A stretch of DNA of 64,000 nt from Acidimicrobiales bacterium (GTDB lineage: Bacteria > Actinomycetota > Acidimicrobiia > Acidimicrobiales > SZUA-35): positions 3,914,282 through 3,978,281 of the forward strand of contig OZ245048.1 of the NCBI GenBank assembly GCA_965224435.1. The letters are read 5' to 3'. Positions 19,988-29,690 of the stretch are shown here, piece by piece; positions within the stretch are counted from its first letter, which is position 1; every line of letters begins with the position of its first letter. Under the pieces are notes generated by a model. That model ran no database searches. It saw only the letters and a list, made by a program, of their open reading frames with translations, and was not told where the DNA came from. The position numbers and the translations under genes are program-made.

Positions 19988-21856
19988 ATGCGGCAACACT
20001 TGAGCAAGGTCCTTTTCGCTTCGCTCGTCCTAATTGTTGGCTTTGGAGCCCTACCCGCTTCGGCCGCTGAACCCTTCGCTCCCGAGACCACACCAATCGT
20101 GGGAATGGATGCTGGCTGGGCATGCAGTGTCTCCGATGACGGCCGGTGGGTGGGTGGCGCTGACGAGGACGAGCAAGAAGCAGGTAACTACGCGGCCAAA
20201 CTCGTTGACATGCAAACTGGCGACGTCGTGTCCGTGCCCAGCGATCTCTGGGTGACGGCGCTGGAACTATCCGACGATGGTCGCTTCATGACCTTTGCTG
20301 GTGCTCGCGTTCCGACTGGTAGTTTCGTCAACGCACACATTTACCAGTACGACCGCATCGCCGAAACCACAGTTCAGGTCACAGCCGAAGCCCACGCCAT
20401 CGACAACCTTCGTACCAGCCCAAGCGGTGATCTGGTCTTCTGGACCGAACGAACTATCAGCGGTGGAGGAGGTGTCGGCCTTGAGCGCAGCATGATCTGG
20501 CAACGATCCAGCGGTCAACGTGCCGACGTGACGGCTGACGACACGGGGGACCATCCTCCCTCGCCCTTCGGCGGCACATTCCGACCTTGGGTTACGCTCA
20601 ACGATTCCGATTCCGAGTACTACCTCTGGCAGCCACTCACCGGATCCGAACTGCTCATCACTCCGCCGCCAAACATGGCGACAAGCGACATCGTTGGTGT
20701 GAGCCTCGACGGATCTCGGCTGGCTTACTCACGTGGAACGGGTGAACTTAACGCACACATAGTCACCGTGGCCAACCGATCCGGGGCCATTTCAGCCGAG
20801 GGTGTTGCAGAATTCGGGGCCACCAACCTTGGAACCACCTATACCTTCGCTGATGCCGGAGATCGGCTGCTGATTCAGAGCGCAGAGAATGACGATGAGG
20901 CTGGCACCAGTTCTCATCCACGCACCTTGATGTGGGACATCAACACGAATCGCATCACAACCCTCGACATCCCAAACATTTCAGGAGTGAGTCTGCTCGC
21001 CGTCTTTGCACCCGGGATCTGCGCAGCATCTTCTGACCTTCGGTGGCTTGTTGGCAGCACGCATGCAACCGAGACTCTTGACCGGGAAACGGTTCGCATC
21101 GATACCCAGACCGTGGCTCCGACGCCGGTTGATCCATCCATGCTTGAAGGGGACCAGCTTGGTGACCAGATCCAGCGGCTGTATCAGGCCTACTTCCTGC
21201 GGTCACCCGACTCCAGCGGGTTGGCCTACTGGCGATCACAGCGCGTTGGCGGGACCGCCCTAAGCGCGGTCTCTACCGAGTTCTCAGCGTCACCCGAATT
21301 TCAGCAACAGTACGGATCGCTGGACAATGCGGCCTTCGTCGACCTCATCTATCAAAACGTATTGGATCGAGTACCCGATGCTGAGGGCCGGGCTCATTGG
21401 ATCGGTGTCCTGGACGGGGGAACGAGCCGGGGCGAGGTGATGCTTGGTTTCAGCGAATCCACCGAATTCATCAACACCACCAGTACTTCCACACCCATCT
21501 TCGATGCCAGGATTGCCCAGATTGACCGTCTCTATCGTGCCCACTTTGGCCGAGCTGGCGACGCAGGTGGACTGACCTACTGGTTCCAACGACTGAAGAC
21601 GGGGTCATCCATCGCCGATGTGGCGACAGCCTTCTCCACGTCACCCGAGTTCCTTGCCACCTACGGTCAGCTAGATGACGCGGCCTTTGTTGACCTGATT
21701 TACCAGAACGTGCTGAGCCGCCCGGCTGACGCTGAAGGTCGGACTCACTGGATCGGCATTCTGGCAAGCGGCGCCAGTCGAGGAGTGGTGATGACCAACT
21801 TCTCCGACTCCGCTGAGTACATCCTCACCACTGACTCCCTACCGCCCGGCAGCTAG
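19988..21856 (+). CDS. Secreted protein: signal peptide + PD40/TolB-like repeats + repeated DUF4214-type C-terminal domains
   Basis: Signal peptide LVLIVGFGALPASAAEP. Repeated SDDGR(W/F) and SLDGSRLAY beta-propeller-like motifs. The C-terminus carries repeated FVDLIYQNVL.R..D.EGR.HW units. Confidence 0.65.
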   Translation: MRQHLSKVLFASLVLIVGFGALPASAAEPFAPETTPIVGMDAGWACSVSDDGRWVGGADEDEQEAGNYAAKLVDMQTGDVVSVPSDLWVTALELSDDGRFMTFAGARVPTGSFVNAHIYQYDRIAETTVQVTAEAHAIDNLRTSPSGDLVFWTERTISGGGGVGLERSMIWQRSSGQRADVTADDTGDHPPSPFGGTFRPWVTLNDSDSEYYLWQPLTGSELLITPPPNMATSDIVGVSLDGSRLAYSRGTGELNAHIVTVANRSGAISAEGVAEFGATNLGTTYTFADAGDRLLIQSAENDDEAGTSSHPRTLMWDINTNRITTLDIPNISGVSLLAVFAPGICAASSDLRWLVGSTHATETLDRETVRIDTQTVAPTPVDPSMLEGDQLGDQIQRLYQAYFLRSPDSSGLAYWRSQRVGGTALSAVSTEFSASPEFQQQYGSLDNAAFVDLIYQNVLDRVPDAEGRAHWIGVLDGGTSRGEVMLGFSESTEFINTTSTSTPIFDARIAQIDRLYRAHFGRAGDAGGLTYWFQRLKTGSSIADVATAFSTSPEFLATYGQLDDAAFVDLIYQNVLSRPADAEGRTHWIGILASGASRGVVMTNFSDSAEYILTTDSLPPGS

Positions 21857-22762
21857 TTCACCTGACTGGTGATCGCCGGCCTTGCTCTCTATCTGATGCG
21901 CAAGTGTCGCTCCATAGATGACGGCAGTGATGGTGACGACAAAGCCAAGAAGTTGCAGGGGCGATAGCTCCTCTCCCAGTACAAGCCACCCGAGACTCGC
22001 CCCAGTTATTGGAGCGGCAAGCCCAAGTAGCGGTGGTGCCTGAACTGACAGTCTCTGCACCCCACGAAACCAGAGGGCAAAAGCCAATCCAGTGGCAACA
22101 AGGCTGAGGTAGACGAAGCCGGCCACGTGAGTTCCCGACAACGAAGGCGGGGGCCCTTCAAGAAGGAAAGCCAGAGGGACAATGATCATCGAGCTCAGGG
22201 TCAGCTGCCACCCGGTCGCCGCAAGCCGATTCTCCGGTGTCGGCAAGCTCTTGGTCAGAACGACTCCAGTGGAGAAGGAGATGTTCGCTCCAAGAGCGAG
22301 AAGAACCCCAAGCAGGTCAAGGCTCGCTCCCGGCCGAACAACCACCAGGCCCACACCGATGGCAGCCATCAAGCCGATGACAAGGTCAACTCTGCGGCTC
22401 TGAGTACCAATCAACCTCCACGAGATCAGCGCCACCAGAAGGGGTTGCACTCCTCCGACCGAGGCGGCAACACCTCCTGGGAGTCGATAGATCGCTCCGA
22501 TGAGGAGAGGAAAGAAGATGGCGAAGTTGAAGGTAGCCAGCACGGTGAGGTCTCGCCATTGACGTCCTTTGGGCACCCAGCGGGACTGCATGTAGCCGAT
22601 TGCAATGAGAACAAGACCTGCTGGCAATACTCGAATGGCGGCAACGAATATCGGTCGATCGGGAGGCAGCAATTCGGTGACGGTGACGTAGGTGGTACCC
22701 CACATGATTGGAGCGACCAGGGTGACCAGAGCCGTTCGGATCATTGATGAGTCTGTCTGCAT
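21839..22762 (-). CDS. EamA/DMT family transporter
   Basis: About 10 TM helices in two EamA-like halves. Start taken at ATG 22762 or 22768. The track ORF extension to 23221 runs antisense through marR and is rejected. Confidence 0.8.
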   Translation of the reverse strand: MQTDSSMIRTALVTLVAPIMWGTTYVTVTELLPPDRPIFVAAIRVLPAGLVLIAIGYMQSRWVPKGRQWRDLTVLATFNFAIFFPLLIGAIYRLPGGVAASVGGVQPLLVALISWRLIGTQSRRVDLVIGLMAAIGVGLVVVRPGASLDLLGVLLALGANISFSTGVVLTKSLPTPENRLAATGWQLTLSSMIIVPLAFLLEGPPPSLSGTHVAGFVYLSLVATGLAFALWFRGVQRLSVQAPPLLGLAAPITGASLGWLVLGEELSPLQLLGFVVTITAVIYGATLAHQIESKAGDHQSGELAAGR

Positions 22763-22793
22763 GTTCATTCTCTTAATCTTAAGATAATGAACA
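22762..22793. promoter_or_regulatory. Nested palindrome in the AT-rich eamA-marR divergent intergenic region (candidate MarR operator)
   Basis: TGTTCATT-N16-AATGAACA with an inner perfect palindrome ATCTTAAGAT. It lies 27 nt upstream of the marR ATG and abuts the eamA start. Confidence 0.5.
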
Positions 22794-22819
22794 TGCGCAT
22801 ATAGGTCTACCCTGGCCAT

Positions 22820-23338
22820 ATGAAGCGACACCCAGATGCCGTTGACCAGATCGTTAGCCAGTGGACCGAGGTCCGGCCTGATCTTGACGTCTCTCCGATC
22901 GAGATCATCGGACGAGTGTCCAGACTGTCCAGAATCATCGACAAGAGGCTGGCAGCCAACTTTGCCGAGCATGGCCTCGATCAGAACTGGATGTATGACG
23001 TCCTGGCCACCCTCCGACGCACCGGGGAACCCTACGAATTGACAGCTGGTGATCTGGTCGGCCAAACCATGGTGACTACTGGCGCAATCACCAACCGAAT
23101 CGACCGACTCACTGAGCGGGGATTGGTCGAGCGAGTTCAACATGCCAACGATCGACGAGTGGTTGTGGTTCGACTCACTCCAGCTGGAGTACAGCTGGTC
23201 GATGAAGTGTCCGAGACCCATTATCCCTTCGAGGACGAGTTATTGAGTTCGCTCTCTTCCACCCAACAGACTGCTCTGGCCAAGGCCCTACGGACCGTCC
23301 TAGTCGACCTCGGAGACACCGCCGAGGATCTGGTCTAG
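22820..23338 (+). CDS. MarR family transcriptional regulator
   Basis: Winged-HTH region LTAGDLVGQTMVTTGAITNRIDRLTERGLVERV..DRR. Divergent from the transporter gene. Confidence 0.85.
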   Translation: MKRHPDAVDQIVSQWTEVRPDLDVSPIEIIGRVSRLSRIIDKRLAANFAEHGLDQNWMYDVLATLRRTGEPYELTAGDLVGQTMVTTGAITNRIDRLTERGLVERVQHANDRRVVVVRLTPAGVQLVDEVSETHYPFEDELLSSLSSTQQTALAKALRTVLVDLGDTAEDLV

Positions 23339-24205
23339 TGCGTGCGAAGCTTGGCGGATCATGCCAGGGTTAGTGTCCCAGTAATAGGGCAACGCAGACA
23401 GGGCTTGATAGAGAGCCCAGCCACGACCCCTCAACCACGACGCATCATCAACATCGAGTTCTGAGCGGAACCGTTCTCGACTCGTCCCATCGAAGCTGTT
23501 CCACGCCGGCTGCAGATCACAGGCTGGGTCGCCGACATTGAGTCCACCAAAGTCGATCACCGCCGAAAGGCGGCCATTGACCACCAGCAGGTTCCCAGGC
23601 AACAGGTCGCCATGAATCCACACCTCGTTGCCATCCCATGGAGTGGCTGCCAGCGACTCTTCCCACAATCGGGTGGCCGCGACACCATCGATTCGGTAAC
23701 CAAGTTGGGTAATCGATCGTCGCACCTGCGCGTCACTCTCAGCCAACGGGCCACCTCGAGCACCGACCGGTCGGACATGGGCGCCCGACACGTCCACACG
23801 TCGCAAGGATTTGATGAACGCCGCCAAGTCAACGGCAGCCTGATCCAGGTCGTTGATTGTGCCGTTGGAATTGTCTCCCGGCAGCCACTCGTAGATCGAC
23901 CAATCGAATGGGTATCCCTCACCAGGTTTGCCCATCGCTACCTGCACCGGTACAGCCAAGGGAACGTGAGGCGCGATCTTGGGTAGCCAGTCGCGTTCCT
24001 TTGCCGCCTGCTTGATTGCCCACGCGATACGAGGCATTCGGATGGAGAGCTGGTCGCCAAGCCGATAGATGTCGTGATCGGTCCCGTATGAATCAACGAA
24101 CTCGATCGGAAGCTCAGACCACACGGGGAACTGGGACTTCAGGAGGCGGTGCACCAGTGCAGCGTCTGTTTGCACCTCTTCGGTATGCATCTTCACCCTT
24201 GCCAT
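23300..24205 (-). CDS. Aminoglycoside/antibiotic phosphotransferase (APH) family kinase
   Basis: IHGDLLPGNLLV catalytic loop and VIDFGGLNVGDP. The 3' end overlaps the marR 3' end by 39 nt. Confidence 0.8.
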   Translation of the reverse strand: MARVKMHTEEVQTDAALVHRLLKSQFPVWSELPIEFVDSYGTDHDIYRLGDQLSIRMPRIAWAIKQAAKERDWLPKIAPHVPLAVPVQVAMGKPGEGYPFDWSIYEWLPGDNSNGTINDLDQAAVDLAAFIKSLRRVDVSGAHVRPVGARGGPLAESDAQVRRSITQLGYRIDGVAATRLWEESLAATPWDGNEVWIHGDLLPGNLLVVNGRLSAVIDFGGLNVGDPACDLQPAWNSFDGTSRERFRSELDVDDASWLRGRGWALYQALSALPYYWDTNPGMIRQASHALDQILGGVSEVD

Positions 24206-24398
24206 TCCGTCATGCTCTCTGACTCGGGCGCAGTCGTCAACCGAATTCCCTAGACCGCAGGGCCACTAGCTGACAGTCTGGTCTCCATGCCCGAGATCAG
24301 TGCAAATGAGGCCGCACGCCGGTGAGACTAGGCGGCTCGTCTCGCTCATGAGCTAAGAGCCAAGCTCCCAAAGCAGGCGGTAGTCACCAGCACATCCT

Positions 24399-24421
24399 GG
24401 CATCAGCAGCCGTGTGATGCC
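24399..24421 (-). terminator. Stem-loop immediately after the methyltransferase stop codon
   Basis: GGCATCA-N9-TGATGCC, a perfect 7-bp stem. There is no U-tract, so any terminator function is weakly supported. Confidence 0.2.
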
Positions 24422-25303
24422 TCAAGCCGGCTTCGTTGCCAACACCAGCAAATGGTTGGAGACCCCGAGCATGCTCGGCTCAGATTCGGTCTCGCGTAGC
24501 TGACTGAGGAGGGCATCGCGTTGCGATTCATTCTCAAGGATCTGCTCCAGGTCGCCAAGCAAGGAAGCAAATCCCTCAACGCCGATTGCCCTCAGGTCAG
24601 CGAACCCACAATCTGCGATCTCACCCATCAGCTCATCCGGCAGGTGGAGATAGCCATGAAACGAACCAGGCTCAGGGTCCTTGGTGCTCCGCCCTGTCTG
24701 CAGGCTGTAGGTAATGCTCGATTGGGTCTGCTCGTCTCCGGCCAGGCCGTGGCGGTACGCATCCAGCAACCAGGAGAACCGTGAGATTCCCGCGGCGATC
24801 AACAAGCCTCCGGGCTTCAACAACCGCTGAGCCTCCATCAGGCATTCGGCACGTTCTGATTGCTCAAAGAGGTGGTAGAGCGGTCCGAGCAATAGGACCA
24901 CATCAGCCGAACCGTCTGCTCGCGGAATTGACCTTCCGTCTGCTTGCTCAACCGAGAAGCGGAGACTTGTATCCAGCTTTTCGGCTACTACCGCAGCCTG
25001 GGTGATGTGGATGGGAAATGGGTCGAACAGCTGGACCTCATAGCCATGCTCAGATAGCCAGCGGGCATGCACCCCAGCGCCACCGCCAACATCATGAATC
25101 ACACCCGACGGAGGGAGGAACCGCTCAAAGACATCCCACGTCCGGAGTCGCTCAAGCACGCCCACAGGACGCCGCATCAAGCGGTCCCGCTCGTGTTCTT
25201 GCTCGTAGTAGTTCAGAACGAGTTCTGCGTCCCCCACCGAACGAGGCTGGTCCGGAGATCTGCCATCAGTCATCATCAGAGTCTGACTCATACAAGCGTT
25301 CAA
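24422..25303 (-). CDS. Class I SAM-dependent methyltransferase
   Basis: Motif I VIHDVGGGAGVHARWL, and the post-I acidic residue in YEVQLFD. Confidence 0.8.
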   Translation of the reverse strand: MNACMSQTLMMTDGRSPDQPRSVGDAELVLNYYEQEHERDRLMRRPVGVLERLRTWDVFERFLPPSGVIHDVGGGAGVHARWLSEHGYEVQLFDPFPIHITQAAVVAEKLDTSLRFSVEQADGRSIPRADGSADVVLLLGPLYHLFEQSERAECLMEAQRLLKPGGLLIAAGISRFSWLLDAYRHGLAGDEQTQSSITYSLQTGRSTKDPEPGSFHGYLHLPDELMGEIADCGFADLRAIGVEGFASLLGDLEQILENESQRDALLSQLRETESEPSMLGVSNHLLVLATKPA

Positions 25304-25351
25304 CGCACGGGGTTAAGCGAAACCACCCCACGAGAACCAGAGCAGAGACAA

Positions 25352-26386
25352 CTAGGAAATTCTGGCGTACATGTCTGGGGTGATCTGGTAGACCGCATCC
25401 TCACCAGCGAAGAAGCGACGCAGCTCCTCCACCGCAAGCTCACCCATCTGGTTGCAGTTCTCGATGCAACCAGCAGTGTGCGGAGTCAGCACCACATTGT
25501 CCAGGGTCCGCAGCGGACTATTGGGGTCAGACGGCTCGGGATCGCTCACATCAAGGAAGGCGAAGAACCGCCCCTTCGACAACTCCGCAATCAAAGCCTC
25601 TTCGTCAACCAGCTCGCCCCGTGCGGTATTGACCAGCAGGGCATCGTCCTTCATCAGGGCGAAGGCTTCAGCATTGAGGATGTGGTGAGTGGCCTCATTG
25701 GCTGGGCAATGCAATGACACCGTGTCTGAGCGGCGCAACAACTCATCCAGCTCGACCTTGCTGACTCCCAGATCGGCTGCTCCCGCTTCATCCAGGAACG
25801 GATCCGATACCAAGATCTCTACATCAAAAGGAGCCAGCATCGCTACCACGTGGCGACCAACATTGGAAGCGCCGATCAGGCCGACGGTCGAACGGCTCAG
25901 CTCCCGGGAGTCCCATTTGTCCCAGGTAGGAGAATCCCTCCAACCACCGCGTCGCAGGTTCTGACTGAGCGGAAAGATCCGCTTCCGGCCAACGATCATC
26001 ATGCCCAGAGTGGTTTCGGCCACATCCCGGGCCAGCGTGATGCCGGCACTCGTCATGTGAATCTCTCGATTCCAGAACTCCTCGGAGACAAAGCGCTTCA
26101 CACTGCTCCCCATATGAGCCATGGCTTTCATCTTCGGTGCCCCAGCCAACACATCGGCATCCAGCTGATGCACTCCCCACGAGGTAATGCAGGCGTCGGC
26201 ATCAGCCAGAAGTGCGCTCAGCTCATCCTTACCCGCTGGATCTTCTCCGGCATGAACTACGTCGGCGAACTCAGCCAGGTCAGCCAGCGCCTTGTCCGAG
26301 AACATGCGGGCGTAGCTACTGCGCCCAATAGTGATGGCCACCGTTGGACGAGAAATGATTGATGGGTCAGCTGATTCTGCCGTCAT
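25352..26386 (-). CDS. D-isomer-specific 2-hydroxyacid dehydrogenase family (NAD-binding)
   Basis: GLIGASNVGRHVV Rossmann motif. LVNTARGELVDEEAL and TPHTAG catalytic region. ATGA overlap with the upstream kinase gene. Confidence 0.85.
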   Translation of the reverse strand: MTAESADPSIISRPTVAITIGRSSYARMFSDKALADLAEFADVVHAGEDPAGKDELSALLADADACITSWGVHQLDADVLAGAPKMKAMAHMGSSVKRFVSEEFWNREIHMTSAGITLARDVAETTLGMMIVGRKRIFPLSQNLRRGGWRDSPTWDKWDSRELSRSTVGLIGASNVGRHVVAMLAPFDVEILVSDPFLDEAGAADLGVSKVELDELLRRSDTVSLHCPANEATHHILNAEAFALMKDDALLVNTARGELVDEEALIAELSKGRFFAFLDVSDPEPSDPNSPLRTLDNVVLTPHTAGCIENCNQMGELAVEELRRFFAGEDAVYQITPDMYARIS

Positions 26387-27900
26387 GATTGGGACTCCTG
26401 TTGAAGATGTTGTTGGTATCGATGCGCAAACAACTCGGTCATCCGAGCGTTTGGCGAGAATTGGATTTGGTCAATGCTGAGGGTTGCCGCCCCGGTCTGC
26501 ACGTCGGGAAAGAGCCCGCTGGCCGCACCAGCCAAGATGGCTGCACCAAGCGCTGGCAAGTCCTGGGTGGTGGCCTCAATAACCGGAAGGTCACAGACAT
26601 CGGCGATCATCTGGCTCCAACCTGGCAACCGAGTGGCGCCACCGACAATGCTCATCGCTGTTGGTCGGTGGGCGAGAGGCAAGGCCAGCAAGGTGGTACG
26701 AACCTGGAAGGCGGCGTATTCCATGATGGACCGGGCCCGATCGACATCGGCTGCTTCCAGAGAACCCTCAATGAAGACTCCGGCACCCGGTGACGTATCC
26801 GTGGTTCCACCTGCCGATTCGACCAGATGGAAGAAGGGACTGTCGACGGTTGTTTCCAATCCGACAAGATCACGGATCAGGGTGGCGAATCGACCATCGC
26901 TGGATGCCTCAGGGTCACAGGTTTCGAGCCACCACTCGATGCATACACCCATGCCACCCAAGTACTTCGAGGCCGTGAGTGAGCCGGGCACCACATGGGT
27001 GCTGATATTCATCTCCACCGGAATGTCGGCGGCTGCTTCGGGAGTGATCACGCTGGTGAGCACCCAGGCCGTTCCTCCGGCCAGCAAGGCCTGGGCAGGT
27101 TCGGTCACCCCCAGCGCCAGTGCGGTGCAGGCTTGGTCGTGACCACCACTGATTACAGCTAGGCCAGTCTCCAGATCCGTAGCTTCGGCCATGATTGGAC
27201 TGAGCTCACCGATCACGGTTCCGCTGGGGCGAAGCTCAGAAAGCTGGTCGCTCTGCAATCCAGCAAGATCGCAGAGGTTTGAGTCCCATTTGCCGGTTGC
27301 CATATCCATCATGGCCATGCCTGCGGCATTGGACGGGTTCGTCACCCACTCCCCCGTCAGCCAATTGGCGACCAGGTCATCGGCTGAGGCCGCCTGACCC
27401 TCCAGCGATTCTGGTGAGTTCGCCCGCAACCAAGCCAGCTGAGGCAACCCCTGTCCAGGGTGCACACTCCAGCCACAAATCGACCGGATGGTGTCGGACG
27501 TGCCGTCATTCTGCCAACCCTGCACGAGAGATGAGCAGCGGGTGTCCATCCAGGTTGTGAGATCGGCCGCGACCTCTCCAGCCTGATCAATGAGGACCAG
27601 CGATCCACTCTGCACAGCGGACGCAAGCGCCGCCAGTTCAACTTGGTCGTGTTCTGCTTCGTCTTGTTCTGTTTCGGCCAAGGAACTGACTAACGACCCG
27701 CTCAGCGAACCAGCCACCGCCCGAAGGCATTGCACAACCGCGTCATGCAATGCTGCGGTCGGTTGCACCGCCCAGCCAGGACGAGGCGCCCGCATCGGTA
27801 AAGAATCCGAAGTGCCCTGGGCCAAGACTTGTCCGTCCTGGCTCAGAACAACGGCCTTAACCGACGTGGTGCCTACATCCAGGCCGAGTACTGCTCTCAC
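26383..27900 (-). CDS. FGGY-family carbohydrate kinase
   Basis: [16 protein letters not shown]-terminal ATPase motif, and C-terminal [20 protein letters not shown] overlap with the upstream aldolase gene. Confidence 0.85.
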   Translation of the reverse strand: MRAVLGLDVGTTSVKAVVLSQDGQVLAQGTSDSLPMRAPRPGWAVQPTAALHDAVVQCLRAVAGSLSGSLVSSLAETEQDEAEHDQVELAALASAVQSGSLVLIDQAGEVAADLTTWMDTRCSSLVQGWQNDGTSDTIRSICGWSVHPGQGLPQLAWLRANSPESLEGQAASADDLVANWLTGEWVTNPSNAAGMAMMDMATGKWDSNLCDLAGLQSDQLSELRPSGTVIGELSPIMAEATDLETGLAVISGGHDQACTALALGVTEPAQALLAGGTAWVLTSVITPEAAADIPVEMNISTHVVPGSLTASKYLGGMGVCIEWWLETCDPEASSDGRFATLIRDLVGLETTVDSPFFHLVESAGGTTDTSPGAGVFIEGSLEAADVDRARSIMEYAAFQVRTTLLALPLAHRPTAMSIVGGATRLPGWSQMIADVCDLPVIEATTQDLPALGAAILAGAASGLFPDVQTGAATLSIDQIQFSPNARMTELFAHRYQQHLQQESQS

Positions 27901-28685
27901 TCTCCAGTGGAGATGGCGTATGCCTCATCAACCGAAGCGCCGCCGTGCACGATGGCAACAATGGCTTTCGTCATGGCCGTCGGGTCTTCGCATTGGAAGA
28001 CGTTGCGGCCGATGGCAACACCAATACCGCCTGCGGCCACCGCATCGGCAATGTTGGACAGCATCTCTCGCTCATCACCCTTGGAACCACCGAGGATCAC
28101 CACGGGGGCAAACGTCTTGGTCGTAACCTCGCCATAGTTCTCGGCATAGGGGGCCTTGATGAAGTCGGCACCAAGTTCCGCACCCAGACGGGCAGCAAAA
28201 GCTACGGCTTCGGTTCCCCGAGTTTCTGGCGGTCCATCGAATCCACCGGGAACCATTTCGCCCAGAACCGGAATGCCCCACTTGTGGGCTTCACGCACCA
28301 TGTGGGCCAGATTGGTCAGGGTTGATTCTTCCTTCTCACAGCCGGGCATGGCGGTGACGACAATGGCGTCGGCTCCGAGACGGAGAGCTTCTTCGACCTC
28401 GAAGAAGGGGGTAGTGGCCGAACCGTCACTGGGGGTTCCCAGATTGGTGGCGGCGCCGTCACCTCGAAGGATCAGACCAACACGGCTTAGCTCAGCCGCA
28501 TACTTGTTGGCTATGCCGTAGGACGTGAGGATGGCGTCGGCCCCACCGGCAATGACCTTGTTGATGGTGTCGCCTGGATCGGTGAATCCTTCGATTGGCC
28601 CGTCCAGCAGGCCGTGATCAAGAGCGACAATAACGGCACGGCCGTCGGCCGCGATGATGTTGTTCAAACGACGGATGGTTGACAT
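27897..28685 (-). CDS. Class I aldolase of the DhnA/FbaB/LsrF family
   Basis: [12 protein letters not shown] ... [10 protein letters not shown] ... ADFIKAPY (candidate Schiff-base Lys) ... ILGGSK pattern. Confidence 0.75.
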   Translation of the reverse strand: MSTIRRLNNIIAADGRAVIVALDHGLLDGPIEGFTDPGDTINKVIAGGADAILTSYGIANKYAAELSRVGLILRGDGAATNLGTPSDGSATTPFFEVEEALRLGADAIVVTAMPGCEKEESTLTNLAHMVREAHKWGIPVLGEMVPGGFDGPPETRGTEAVAFAARLGAELGADFIKAPYAENYGEVTTKTFAPVVILGGSKGDEREMLSNIADAVAAGGIGVAIGRNVFQCEDPTAMTKAIVAIVHGGASVDEAYAISTGE

Positions 28686-28724
28686 GAGATATCTCCATGG
28701 GTTCCAGTCGGCGTGCCAGCAGGC

Positions 28725-29684
28725 TTACCGCCGGCCATCCGTGATTATGTTGTATGTCGTGTGAAGCAGCTCGAGGTTTACATCGAGGTCCTGCGACAAC
28801 ACGTCGGCCATCACTATATCGAGATCCTGCTCCGAAGCCAGAGTCGCCAGCTGATCCGAGCACTCATCTGGAGTGCCATTGATCTGGTATTGGTCCAGCA
28901 ATTCGTCACTCATCAGGTCGTCAAGTTCGGAAGCATCTGAGCTCTGAATCCGCTCAATTTGGGAGCCGCTGAACCCGAGAGACAGCAAGACTCGCTCGGG
29001 TGAATCTTTGAGGATGTAGGGCATAGTCGCCCGCTGCTCGCTGAACATTTCCGGGGTGTAACAGATACGTCCGAGATAGATCCGCTCCAGGTCAGCCCCT
29101 CGATCCGACGCGGAGTTCACGATCTCGAAGGCTGCATCCAGGTCAGGCTTGACCGTGAGCAAGACTCCATCAGCCTCACGTCCGGTGAGTCGCAAAAGCA
29201 GGGGTCCACGACTGCTTATCCAGATGGGGATCTCATGTGGTCCCGAACTCAGCTTGGCATCGTGAAGCTGGTGGGTATCGCCTTGCCAGGTCACTGACTC
29301 TCCTGACCACAGCGCTTTCATCACCTGGACGGTGTCTCGCAGCACTCGATAGGGCTTGGCCCGTTCGATCCCCATGGGATTGAGCACCATGGAGCCGCCG
29401 GCTACCAGGGTTACGAAGGCTCGACCATCAGACAGGTCGTTGAGGGTGGCCACCGCGGCGGCGGTGACTGCAGGGTGGCGGGTGTAGCCATTGGTGACAG
29501 GACCAATCTGGATCCGCTCCGTCTCGCGAGCGATAGCCCCAAGGCAGGCATAGATATCGGGGTGGAAACCCTCATCCGCTACCAGCACATAGTCATAGCC
29601 AATACGTTCGGCCTCAACGGCAATAGCAATGACGTCACTGGCCGACATGAGCGGGACGATGTGGATACCGGCACGCACCATCAA
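28725..29684 (-). CDS. LLM class flavin/F420-dependent oxidoreductase (Mer-like)
   Basis: TIM-barrel LLM pattern: GYDYVLVADE, IGPVTNGYTRHP, GRAFVTLVAGG. Confidence 0.7.
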   Translation of the reverse strand: MMVRAGIHIVPLMSASDVIAIAVEAERIGYDYVLVADEGFHPDIYACLGAIARETERIQIGPVTNGYTRHPAVTAAAVATLNDLSDGRAFVTLVAGGSMVLNPMGIERAKPYRVLRDTVQVMKALWSGESVTWQGDTHQLHDAKLSSGPHEIPIWISSRGPLLLRLTGREADGVLLTVKPDLDAAFEIVNSASDRGADLERIYLGRICYTPEMFSEQRATMPYILKDSPERVLLSLGFSGSQIERIQSSDASELDDLMSDELLDQYQINGTPDECSDQLATLASEQDLDIVMADVLSQDLDVNLELLHTTYNIITDGRR

Positions 29685-29690
29685 AATTAC

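Noticed and set aside
21839-21856. Convergent 3'-end overlaps as possible antisense regulation: 18 nt for the secreted protein and eamA, 39 nt for marR and APH at 23300..23338, and a shared CTAG stop at 49380..49383.
   Set aside because: Such overlaps are common in compact GC-rich genomes. There is no associated structure or motif, so they are not evidence of regulation by themselves.
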